Shown: one piece after another, positions 51,103 to 60,046 of the stretch
Layout: every line of letters starts with the position of its first letter
Numbering within the stretch: position 1 is the stretch's first letter
Virus record (IMG/VR): IMGVR_UViG_3300036770_007283
Reading direction: 5' to 3' (one strand)
DNA: 64,000 nucleotides
Source of the DNA: a virus
Lineage: Duplodnaviria; Caudoviricetes
Position numbers and translations under genes: made by a program
Notes under the pieces: generated by a model
The model's input: only the letters and a program-made list of their open reading frames with translations
Told to the model about the DNA's origin: nothing
Database searches by the model: none

Positions 51103-53958
51103 TCACATTCTTAGTCTAGGTGCAAATGCTAGCGTTGGCTTTGGCATGTTAGATTTTTCTTTTGTACCAGGTTTAACTGTAAAACCCTGTGTAGAATCAA
51201 ACTTCCAAGCCATATAGGCATACATTAAAGCCATCAACCCATCGTTAGGCGTTGAGCCTTTAATATAAGTTTTTACTTCTTGACCACCTTTATTTCTAAT
51301 GGCAACACCCATTGATGTACAATGATCTATTAACCATTCGATATATTCATAGCTTTTCCAAGGGAACCTAATCTTACCCTTTTTCATTTTTTCAAAGATC
51401 TCCTCAATCATAAGATCTTTATTATAAGTAATCATCAATTCATCTTCACGATATTTAATTGGATTTAAAAGAGCGGCACTACCTTGTGCTCCTAAAAATC
51501 TATCACCAAATCCATCATTCATCTGCAATTCTCTAACAACATCTTGTCCGAAGAAAAAGTCGGAGACCCCGCGCTTGACAGAAAATCTTTTGAATAACTC
51601 ATTAACTGTGGCTTTCTTATATCCGAAAGTTCTTTCTCTTAAAATGTGCGCATGCTCTATTTGAAGTGTTCCATCACCAATGTCAGATAAGATTACTGCA
51701 CAAGAATAAGATTGACCCTTAGATTCTTCGTCAGTTTTATCTCCCCAGTCTATTCCTAGGTAGGCAGGTCTTTCATTCGCTAATATTTTCTTTGCAAAGA
51801 ATCTTTCAGAATCTTTACAGAATGCTTCTATATGGGTTCTGGTCAATGGCATTCCACCACTAGAGAAAAATTCTCCAACAACTTCATTATTCCAAACACG
51901 GTCTGATTGATTTGGATTATTTTCTGGCATCAAAGAGTTTATATATTCACGATTAAGGTATGGAATATATAACTGATTAATGTGAAATCCTACATACTTA
52001 GACTCTTCTTCATTTCTGGAGGGTGCCCAGCAACCTCTTTCAATAGCATCAATCTTGTGCTGAATAAAACCGCAAATAGGACATTTGATATTAAAACCGC
52101 TAATCCAAATTTCTTTCCAAGCATCACTACCTGGCTGATAAAATGGAAAAGTTTTTTCACAATTTTTACAGCCAAGATGATAAAACCTTTGGTCTGACAT
52201 TTCCCAGGTAAGTTCAAACCAGCTACCTTTTTCTTTTGGTGTTCCAAAGTAGACCTGGACACCACGACCTACTGGACCATATTTTGCGGCGGTCAGAGTC
52301 TTGGTAGAGTTACCTATTGCAAGTCCCATCATATCTTGACAATTATGGACAACAGGACCGCCAGCATATTTGCTATTTTTAGTTGGAGACAATATAAAAT
52401 TATGATTTTCTTCGACCTCTATATCATATACAACTTCTTGCTTTTCTAATTTTTTTATTTTATCTACAATTAATATAGAATAATTTTTAAAATTATTATC
52501 CCAAGTATAATTGTCAAATTCATTTAAGAAAAGATTTCCAAACTTATAAGTCATTGTGGGATGAATATATTTTTTAATTAAGTTATATAGATTAAAAAAT
52601 CCTGCTTTGTTAAAATAAATATAAAAATATCCATCAGACTGTTTTTTATAATGACAATCTATACCTAGACTTTTAAATTTATTTACAAATCTAATCTGAG
52701 AGTCTTCATCAAAAGAACATGTTGATAAATATGCAGCTCCAGATGTAGGACCCCAAGATTTTATTAGAGAACCATCATCCATAAACCATATTGCAAGACC
52801 TCTCTCATCAATTTCATCGAGAACCCATTGTGGACAACTATATTTAGTTTTAGGAAAATTATTGTTAATGGCAAATAATTTTGATGCAAAGCTAACCGCT
52901 TCTTTCTTTGAAAAACCATTTTGTTTGATATATTTAATTTGAGAATTAAACATATCAGATTTCCAATTACAATATTCTTTTTGCTTTATGCCATGTACAA
53001 CCTGTAGTCTATATACATTGTCTTTATATCTACTAAGATGACCATCTCCTAAAAATGAACCTAGAGCGATTTGCTTTTGGTCATCATTAATTGCTCTAAT
53101 TTTCAAATCAGAATCTACAGAGGATATAATCAAATCATTATTGCTTAAGTTACATGCTTCTTTCCAACCACCAGTTGTTAAAAACTTATGATTTGGAGTA
53201 CATTTTATCTCTCTATTACCAATATATAGCTTCAATAGTTCCCTTGGACTTCTCTTCCAGGCGTTAGTTATTTTTTTATATTCAAAACGTTCCATTTTTT
53301 CATTATAAGATTTAACCATAGGAAGTTGATTTCCACTTTTAAATTCTTGATATAGTTTTCCAATTTTAACTTTACCGCCATCCGTCTCTATAAATTGATG
53401 GTATGGAAAACATTCGTCATAAAAGGCAACGTCCAATGTCATACCACGAACCCTGTCTGCATCTGCACCGATACTTTCAACCCATAACGTACCAGTGTTA
53501 AATTGCTTCATGGTTAAATTATCAACAGCATTTATTGTTCTTAATTTATTTTTATTGACGAAATCATCTTTTGCACTTCTAACAAGATTTTCTAATTTAT
53601 CTTGTGTAAATCTTTTTACTTGCGCTAATGCAGGAAATAAATGCGCTACACGAATTGGTGGCGTTGTAAAAAGACCACTATTAGTAAAGTAAAGGTCTAA
53701 GGCACCAGCCATCATAGTTGCACCAACCTGACGGCCTTTCTTAATAATTACAGGCTTACCCTCCTTCTTTGGAGCTTGAAGGGCAACATAACGATAGATA
53801 TCAGCCATAAATTTCCAGCCATTGCCCACAATACGAAAAGGCTCACCATCCAAGGTAAGATTATTTTGGATGAAATGAGCCGGATCGTAATCTAAGAATG
53901 TTGTTTTTAGCTGCGAAAATATTTTATTTTGTTCTTGCTTAAAATCACTTCCTGCCAT
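51103..53958 (-). CDS. terL: Terminase large subunit (gpA-like) containing an intein, 951-aa precursor
   Basis: Walker A-like KKGRQVGAT, Walker B VAFYDE, coupling motif FGTP, two CxxC pairs, nuclease YLGIDWG and NDGLMA. Confidence 0.95.
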   Translation of the reverse strand: MAGSDFKQEQNKIFSQLKTTFLDYDPAHFIQNNLTLDGEPFRIVGNGWKFMADIYRYVALQAPKKEGKPVIIKKGRQVGATMMAGALDLYFTNSGLFTTPPIRVAHLFPALAQVKRFTQDKLENLVRSAKDDFVNKNKLRTINAVDNLTMKQFNTGTLWVESIGADADRVRGMTLDVAFYDECFPYHQFIETDGGKVKIGKLYQEFKSGNQLPMVKSYNEKMERFEYKKITNAWKRSPRELLKLYIGNREIKCTPNHKFLTTGGWKEACNLSNNDLIISSVDSDLKIRAINDDQKQIALGSFLGDGHLSRYKDNVYRLQVVHGIKQKEYCNWKSDMFNSQIKYIKQNGFSKKEAVSFASKLFAINNNFPKTKYSCPQWVLDEIDERGLAIWFMDDGSLIKSWGPTSGAAYLSTCSFDEDSQIRFVNKFKSLGIDCHYKKQSDGYFYIYFNKAGFFNLYNLIKKYIHPTMTYKFGNLFLNEFDNYTWDNNFKNYSILIVDKIKKLEKQEVVYDIEVEENHNFILSPTKNSKYAGGPVVHNCQDMMGLAIGNSTKTLTAAKYGPVGRGVQVYFGTPKEKGSWFELTWEMSDQRFYHLGCKNCEKTFPFYQPGSDAWKEIWISGFNIKCPICGFIQHKIDAIERGCWAPSRNEEESKYVGFHINQLYIPYLNREYINSLMPENNPNQSDRVWNNEVVGEFFSSGGMPLTRTHIEAFCKDSERFFAKKILANERPAYLGIDWGDKTDEESKGQSYSCAVILSDIGDGTLQIEHAHILRERTFGYKKATVNELFKRFSVKRGVSDFFFGQDVVRELQMNDGFGDRFLGAQGSAALLNPIKYREDELMITYNKDLMIEEIFEKMKKGKIRFPWKSYEYIEWLIDHCTSMGVAIRNKGGQEVKTYIKGSTPNDGLMALMYAYMAWKFDSTQGFTVKPGTKEKSNMPKPTLAFAPRLRM
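52342..53412 (-). mobile_element. Intein with a LAGLIDADG homing endonuclease, 357 aa, inserted immediately after Walker B of TerL
   Basis: Starts CFPYHQFIET after YDE and ends VYDIEVEENHNF...VVHN before the +1 Cys (CQDM). LAGLIDADG motifs LGSFLGDGH and LAIWFMDDGS. Confidence 0.95.
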
Positions 53959-53970
53959 AATCTTTCCTAA

Positions 53971-54681
53971 TTAGGAAAGGCTTGTTCTTCCATGCGAATA
54001 ATAATCTGCAACCTGATCTTCTGGGTTGGGATTATAGGTATCTACCATTGGAATATAAGATTCTTTCCTGGGTTCATCAGATTTCTTATACTTATTAATT
54101 TCATAATTTATGAATTCTTTTAATATTCCTTCGTCAATATTTACTGATTCAAATCCTAAGGCATTATTAGACTTACAGGCTCGAATAATAATTATCTCAT
54201 TAACATCTAATTTTCTGCTTACATAATCTTTTATCATTTCCTTGATATAGTCCATGATAACCTGCATCTTCTCTTCACGTCTTTTGAAGGCTTCATCATT
54301 ATGATCATGATCATGGCTAGCGGTCTTTTTGTTGCAACCACAATCTGTCTTGGTAACTTTGCACTTACAATCTTCCTTGCACTTGCAGGGCTTTTTACAA
54401 CCACAAGATTCTTCATTAGCAGTTTTTTCTTCTTGGGCAGTATTACTTTTCTTTTCTAATTCATTAATAATTTTTTTGGCAACATCAAAGCCAACACGGT
54501 CTCGAATATCTGCAAGCTTTTCTTCGATAGTGTTAAATTTTTTCTTTTTATAAGTCTTATCAAGATATTCTTTAAGATAATCAATCTGATTGGCCTTCTT
54601 ATCTAAATCGTGTGCAAATTCATAAAGCCAAAACGGACTGCTTGAATTAATACCTGTATTATCTACCCTGTTGACTTTCAT
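53971..54681 (-). CDS. Head-module protein with a Cys-rich and a His-rich segment, 236 aa
   Basis: CGCKKPCKCKEDCKCKVTKTDCGC, then SHDHDHND. Confidence 0.7.
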   Translation of the reverse strand: MKVNRVDNTGINSSSPFWLYEFAHDLDKKANQIDYLKEYLDKTYKKKKFNTIEEKLADIRDRVGFDVAKKIINELEKKSNTAQEEKTANEESCGCKKPCKCKEDCKCKVTKTDCGCNKKTASHDHDHNDEAFKRREEKMQVIMDYIKEMIKDYVSRKLDVNEIIIIRACKSNNALGFESVNIDEGILKEFINYEINKYKKSDEPRKESYIPMVDTYNPNPEDQVADYYSHGRTSLS

Positions 54682-54690
54682 ATTTTTATC

Positions 54691-55851
54691 CTATGCCAAA
54701 TAGTTTTTAATAAACTCAACGCCTTGCGATTTACCATCTTCTTTCTTTTTGGTGGTGGAAATAGTTCCACGGTCAATAAAGATTGGGTGACCCATGTCTT
54801 TTAGAATTTGAAAAATTGCAAGTTCTTCCCTGCTATCAAGCTTATATTCTTTCTTTAAAAATTCATAAACCTCTTCAAATGGCTTGCCAGAAGAAACAAC
54901 TGAATTAACTAAAATACCACTAATGGCTCTTTCAAAAGGTGTCATTACCAATTGGATAATTGGTGTGCTGGCCTGCTTCTCTATTTCTGCTTCTTTTACC
55001 AAAGACAATGTTTCTTCTGCTTTTTTGCTTTTTTCATTTAACTTCTTAATATGCTTCTTTAGTTTAGTAATGCCTTGTAGAATCTCTACGCGAACTTCTT
55101 CTAACTTTGCGATATCTAGACAATTATCTTCATCACGCCTTAGTGCTTCCGAAATCTCTTTGTTTAGCTTTGTAAGGAATTGAATAGCTCTCTCACAACC
55201 AAGTGTAGAGGAACCATCGTGCTTAGGAATTTCTGCTGGATATATCTTAAGTATATAGGCCATAAATTGCTTGGGGTCTCTGTCTTTTTGCCAATCAGTA
55301 ACCACTGCTTCTTCTTCTGGCTCTTCATGTAGATCAGATTCTATAACCCCATCTACGCCAGGTAGCATTAATTCAATTGTATCTTCACCACCTCCCAAAC
55401 CAAGAACAGACTCATCGTGAATCATAATTTCTGGGTCTTGAAGATCCACAACCTCTAATCCACCTACAAGTTCTTGACCCATGTCTGGATGATGATGATG
55501 TTCCATCTCATGGGAATGATCCTGCTCATGTTCATGCTCATGAAATTGAATTGGCATTTCTGAATGCATCATAGGCTGACCAAGCATAGGGGGTGGTAAG
55601 GCTGCATCCAAGGACTGGAGTAGATCCATCTTGTGTGCTTCTGGTTCACCATCTTCTTCATGGATATGATATAGTTCACCAATTTGACTTGGGTCACCAG
55701 AAAGGTAGACGAAGGTTTCGGAATCTCCATCTTCATCCTCGCTAAAATCAAAACCATCAAGCACTTCTTCAACAATGTTAGAATGCATATCTTGTGCTTT
55801 CTTAATATTGCGAGCGTCCTCTATATATTCTGTTACAATAAACTTTGACAT
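54691..55851 (-). CDS. Acidic, His-rich head-module protein, 386 aa
   Basis: HEHEHEQDHSHEMEHHHH tract and a helical C-terminal domain. Confidence 0.7.
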   Translation of the reverse strand: MSKFIVTEYIEDARNIKKAQDMHSNIVEEVLDGFDFSEDEDGDSETFVYLSGDPSQIGELYHIHEEDGEPEAHKMDLLQSLDAALPPPMLGQPMMHSEMPIQFHEHEHEQDHSHEMEHHHHPDMGQELVGGLEVVDLQDPEIMIHDESVLGLGGGEDTIELMLPGVDGVIESDLHEEPEEEAVVTDWQKDRDPKQFMAYILKIYPAEIPKHDGSSTLGCERAIQFLTKLNKEISEALRRDEDNCLDIAKLEEVRVEILQGITKLKKHIKKLNEKSKKAEETLSLVKEAEIEKQASTPIIQLVMTPFERAISGILVNSVVSSGKPFEEVYEFLKKEYKLDSREELAIFQILKDMGHPIFIDRGTISTTKKKEDGKSQGVEFIKNYLA

Positions 55852-55860
55852 TAAGCTCTC

Positions 55861-56931
55861 CTATCCATAAAAACTCATTAAACCTTTATTAGATTCAGAT
55901 ATTGCATTATTATCTACACTCTCTGATGTATTAAATTGTCCCTGTAGCGGTCTAGCAGAATCACCAGTATATATTCTTGGATATAGTGGACTCGAGGGAA
56001 CTGGCATATTAATAGACGTTTTTTCCTCAACCACTTCTTCCAGATCTGTATCTAGCGAATCCTCCTCGGTATCCTTCTTTATTTCAGAAAGTTTAAACAT
56101 CCTCTCTTTTCTACTACTTATATTAGCAAGTGTTTTAATTTTTTGTTTTGAATCATCTAAAAAATAATCTAAGGTTGGATTTTCTAAGTAATCTGCTAAG
56201 TATTTTTTTCTGATTAAAGCATCCTTAAACCTTCCTGATAACGGGACTTTTTTAAATAAATTTAATTCTTTTAATAATGAGATTGTTAATTCTTCATTAA
56301 TATAAAGAGACTTTGAAATTTTACTAGAAATATATCTATCCTTAATGTTTTTAAAATCAAAAATTTCAGGACTATCTAAAACAAACTCTTTAATCTTTGG
56401 ATCTATTGTAAAATTATAACGAACAGCTAAATTGATAGCCCGATAAATTCTTCTTGGATCATCAGTTAGAGTAATTTCTGGAGGAACTGGTGTTTTAATT
56501 ATTTTATTTTTAATATCCTCAAAACCCATCTCGGTTGGATCAGAAATTTCTGCTGTAACTAAATCTTGATGCAAAGTATTTATTGTAAAATCTCTGCTGA
56601 ATGCTTCTTCCAGACCAGCAAACTTTCCATTTAAATATTCCTTTACACCTTCAGAAACAAAGTGGCTAGAAAAATCAAGATCCATTTCTGGCGAATAAAC
56701 TGTAACATGATAGTCGTCTGCTACTTCAAATGTGGAATCAATCTTTTCAGCAACCAAGACACCAAGTCTAAGAGAATCTGGGGAGTTTGTAGTGATATCT
56801 ATATCTGTGGTTTTTACATTTGGAATCTTTAAATAGATATCCCTAGGAATTCCACCGACAATATACGGCTTCTTAATCAAGTAAGTATCCGCAGTTTCTT
56901 GTGTTAATCTTAGGATTTCTCTAAGAGACAT
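55861..56931 (-). CDS. Class II nucleotidyltransferase (CCA-adding enzyme / poly(A) polymerase family), 356 aa
   Basis: YIVGGIPRD...DIDITT (motif A), RDFTIN (motif B), DDPRRIYRA (motif D); no HD domain seen. Confidence 0.9.
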   Translation of the reverse strand: MSLREILRLTQETADTYLIKKPYIVGGIPRDIYLKIPNVKTTDIDITTNSPDSLRLGVLVAEKIDSTFEVADDYHVTVYSPEMDLDFSSHFVSEGVKEYLNGKFAGLEEAFSRDFTINTLHQDLVTAEISDPTEMGFEDIKNKIIKTPVPPEITLTDDPRRIYRAINLAVRYNFTIDPKIKEFVLDSPEIFDFKNIKDRYISSKISKSLYINEELTISLLKELNLFKKVPLSGRFKDALIRKKYLADYLENPTLDYFLDDSKQKIKTLANISSRKERMFKLSEIKKDTEEDSLDTDLEEVVEEKTSINMPVPSSPLYPRIYTGDSARPLQGQFNTSESVDNNAISESNKGLMSFYG

Positions 56932-56936
56932 AATTC

Positions 56937-58532
56937 CTACTTAGTTGGTGGTGCGGCTGGTGCGCCACTTGTTAGTCCGGAATCTTGAATCCCTTGCTGG
57001 ATTGAGGTCTGTGCTTCTGCATCAGACTTCTCAGCGGGCCCAGCAGCTTCACCTGACTCTTCCATTGGCTCTGCTTCCAGAACCTTATTAACTTCCTTAT
57101 TGGTCTTGTTAATAAGATCATTCTTTTTGGCGTCAGAAATTTCTACCAGACTCTTGCCGCTTGATAACATGCCTAACATCTTGGTAACGCGTGTAAGTGC
57201 GTAAGAATAAGCATCAATAAGCTTACTCTGTGCTTCTGCTAACTCAGGGAACATTGGGGCAATACCAATCTTGTCAAGGATAATATCGAATTCGGCCAAC
57301 TGTCTAATGGTACGACGGTCTGACAATCTTCCTGCAATTTCCTCTAGCTTCTCTACTGCATCACCTAATCCTACGTCACCAGCCAAAGACTCATACTCTT
57401 CTTCTTTTGCTTCCGTAATTGGCTCTAGTGCTTTTTCCAGAGAAGACTTTGGTTCTGCAGACTCTGTAACGGGGGCTGCTTCGCCAGCAGGTGGTGTTGT
57501 GGCTGGAGCCTGTTTAGTTACTTCTGGCGGTGGAGTTGTTGCCACGGGTGCTGCCGGTGCCGTTGGTGCCGTTGGTGGCTCACCAGTTAACTCCTGTGCG
57601 TATTTAACCAGCTCATTGTAACCATTATTAAATCCAAGTTTTTTAAACTTATTAGCATACTTATAAGCAACATCTGAAGCTGTAATGTTGGTTTGCAAAC
57701 CACGCATTTCTTTGTCAAAATTAAAAAGATGTTCGGCTAACTTTTGAGCATCAGAAGCCTTAATGTTAGGATTGTGTGCCCTAATCAATCTATCCAACCT
57801 TCTTATGGCAGTATCTACTTTATTTTTCCAATCATAAAATTGTTCAAAGCTCTCTTGCTTATTAGAAGATTCTGTTTGGCTGGCGGAAGCCTGCTGTTGT
57901 TGCTGTTGCTGTTGTTTTGATTCCTGGTAGTTGTTGTATTCTTGCTTTAGATTTTGAATATCATTATAAACACTATCTGGGATGGCTGCATTTTCTAAAC
58001 CATAATTACCTGGCGAAACAACTGGGAATTGCCAAGCAGACTTGACTAGGCCAGGCTGCTTGCTATTGTATTTAAGATGCTCACCATTTTGATAGTATTT
58101 AATCCATTGCTTAAAAGAAATATCTTCTGCACTGGCCTTATCAAGTGTATTAGAATAATAATCAATTGCAGAACTAACAGTCATATCTTTACTTCTAACA
58201 GCATCATATATTTTAGAAACCATATCTGCCCATTTGTTTAAATCAAACTCACCATATTCTTCGACCATGCCATCAGAGTTTGAGTAGGCAATCTTATTTA
58301 GTCTAGAAAAATTTGTAAAAAATAAATAAAAATTATAGTTGGGGACGTCTATTTTTTGGAACAGACTTGCATCTTCAAAAGTTCTTTTTACAATATCACC
58401 ATCATAATCTTGGCCAAAAGTAATTTGGGCAATCTTATGCAACTCTATTAGATTTTTATATCCATCTGCATTTTTTACTAGAACATCAGGATATAAAATC
58501 ATAACTTCTTTAATATTATCTCTATAATTCAT
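56937..58532 (-). CDS. Head-module protein with poly-Gln and Pro/Ala/Thr linkers
   Basis: ATG 58532 after GGGG is preferred over the TTG at 58547. Six copies of the hydrophobic-x-K-x-A motif. Confidence 0.7.
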   Translation of the reverse strand: MNYRDNIKEVMILYPDVLVKNADGYKNLIELHKIAQITFGQDYDGDIVKRTFEDASLFQKIDVPNYNFYLFFTNFSRLNKIAYSNSDGMVEEYGEFDLNKWADMVSKIYDAVRSKDMTVSSAIDYYSNTLDKASAEDISFKQWIKYYQNGEHLKYNSKQPGLVKSAWQFPVVSPGNYGLENAAIPDSVYNDIQNLKQEYNNYQESKQQQQQQQQASASQTESSNKQESFEQFYDWKNKVDTAIRRLDRLIRAHNPNIKASDAQKLAEHLFNFDKEMRGLQTNITASDVAYKYANKFKKLGFNNGYNELVKYAQELTGEPPTAPTAPAAPVATTPPPEVTKQAPATTPPAGEAAPVTESAEPKSSLEKALEPITEAKEEEYESLAGDVGLGDAVEKLEEIAGRLSDRRTIRQLAEFDIILDKIGIAPMFPELAEAQSKLIDAYSYALTRVTKMLGMLSSGKSLVEISDAKKNDLINKTNKEVNKVLEAEPMEESGEAAGPAEKSDAEAQTSIQQGIQDSGLTSGAPAAPPTK

Positions 58533-58547
58533 TATTATCCCCTGCAA

Positions 58548-58784
58548 TTATAATTTGTCTGTAATATTTCCAATTGCTATATACCAGGTGCTTTTATTTA
58601 ATTTGGTTTCTTCTAAAACCTTTGAATCAGATACAACATTATATATATGTTTTAATACAATTTTTAATTGTTCATTATTTGGTTCCTTAACATTAAAATA
58701 CTCTTTAAAGCTTTCGGCAAACCAATTTTTAAAAGATTCCAGCGTTCTTAAATTTTCTAGTTTAATTTCTAATTTATTCGACAT
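58548..58784 (-). CDS. Hypothetical protein, 78 aa
   Basis: Coupled ORF. Confidence 0.55.
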   Translation of the reverse strand: MSNKLEIKLENLRTLESFKNWFAESFKEYFNVKEPNNEQLKIVLKHIYNVVSDSKVLEETKLNKSTWYIAIGNITDKL

Positions 58785-59496
58785 CGATTATATCCAATTG
58801 TGGAAATGATTGAGTTTGTTGATACTGCTGATATTGACTAGAACCGTATTGCATATTATTTAACCTTGAGTTTATTTTTTCTATAAAAATAGGAATGAAT
58901 TTTGGATCTAATTCTTGCAATATTTCAAAAACAATATTTTTTAAAACATTGACTTGTTCATTAACAACATTAATATTAATATTATGTTCCACTCTTTTAT
59001 CTGCAACACCATCAACATATTTTTTCCAATCTTGAACTAAACCACGTTGTGTATTTAGTAACTCAACAAACATCTTATCTTCCCTAATAGAACCACCGGA
59101 TTGTAGCATATTAAAATAATACTCTAATCTGGATCCAACCAAAGTCATCATTTCTAAGATCTTTCTATTTCCATCCAACTCATTTGAAACAATCTCGTTT
59201 ATCTTTTGCTGATAAGCAGAAGAAGAAGCTAGAATTACTTTAGCTTCTAATTCTTTCGAGGTCAAGTCTTGTTCTTTTCTAACAGCCTTAATATTTTCTA
59301 AAATCTCTCCATCAAGATGTAAATGATCTTTTCTAAATTTCTGTAATGTTGCGTAAGAAATCCAGAGGCTTTTCTTCTTGGGATGTTTTTTCTTCAACCA
59401 AGCCTCTACAATCTTTACCGACTCACCATTTAGAAGTCTTTTAATAATTTCTTCTTTTTCTGGATGTTTAAAGACTTTATTTTGCTGATCATTCAT
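58774..59496 (-). CDS. Possible terminase small subunit, 240 aa
   Basis: N-terminal HTH-like HPEKEEIIKRLLNGES..ISYATLQKFR, central helices and a NININV beta segment, upstream of terL. This is inference only. Confidence 0.4.
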   Translation of the reverse strand: MNDQQNKVFKHPEKEEIIKRLLNGESVKIVEAWLKKKHPKKKSLWISYATLQKFRKDHLHLDGEILENIKAVRKEQDLTSKELEAKVILASSSAYQQKINEIVSNELDGNRKILEMMTLVGSRLEYYFNMLQSGGSIREDKMFVELLNTQRGLVQDWKKYVDGVADKRVEHNININVVNEQVNVLKNIVFEILQELDPKFIPIFIEKINSRLNNMQYGSSQYQQYQQTQSFPQLDIIDVE

Positions 59497-59510
59497 AACT
59501 ACCTCTAAAG

Positions 59511-59540
59511 AAAATAGCCCGCTAAAATAGCAGGCTAAAT
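59511..59540 (-). terminator. Rho-independent terminator
   Basis: TAGCCTGCT-ATTTT-AGCGGGCTA-TTTT on the minus strand. Confidence 0.7.
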
Positions 59541-59570
59541 TTTCAATTTATTATACCAATTTTTTTAAGA

Positions 59571-60038
59571 TTAGAGATACATTATATCTGTTTGTAGCTC
59601 TACACTTCCGCCTGGAAACTTTTTACCATCTTCTGTGGTAAATCCCTCATTCCAATCATAAGTCTTGTTGGTGATAGGATCTTGATATACGCCATCAGAA
59701 ATTCTGCGAGCCTGAACGCCAATTCTGTCTGGTGAATATCTAGTTGATAAGGAACGGCTTACATATTCTACGTCTATTATAGACTTCTCGTGAACTGGAC
59801 CAATATCATATAACTTTTTGGTTCGCTGGCCACCCCTTTCTGACAAGAAATGGTCGCGTGTTTCATAAGTCATTGGTTTGCCGAAAGGAGTCTGTAAGAT
59901 ACCATAGTCTTGTGAATGTTTTACTATTGAATCTTCGAGTATACTTTCTAATGCAGAAACTCTAAGTTCTCTAGCTAATTTTTTATCTTCGGTTTGTTTT
60001 GCTACTTTTATTATTCTTAGAACCTTGGTGTCGTTCAT
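59571..60038 (-). CDS. Head-module protein, 155 aa
   Basis: AGGA RBS; conserved-looking SLSTRYSPDRIGVQARRISDGVYQDP. Confidence 0.7.
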   Translation of the reverse strand: MNDTKVLRIIKVAKQTEDKKLARELRVSALESILEDSIVKHSQDYGILQTPFGKPMTYETRDHFLSERGGQRTKKLYDIGPVHEKSIIDVEYVSRSLSTRYSPDRIGVQARRISDGVYQDPITNKTYDWNEGFTTEDGKKFPGGSVELQTDIMYL

Positions 60039-60046
60039 TTTATTTC

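Noticed and set aside
57885-57920. CAA/CAG microsatellite as a phase-variation switch
   Set aside because: It is an in-frame mixed-codon poly-Gln tract, so unit changes would not shift the frame.
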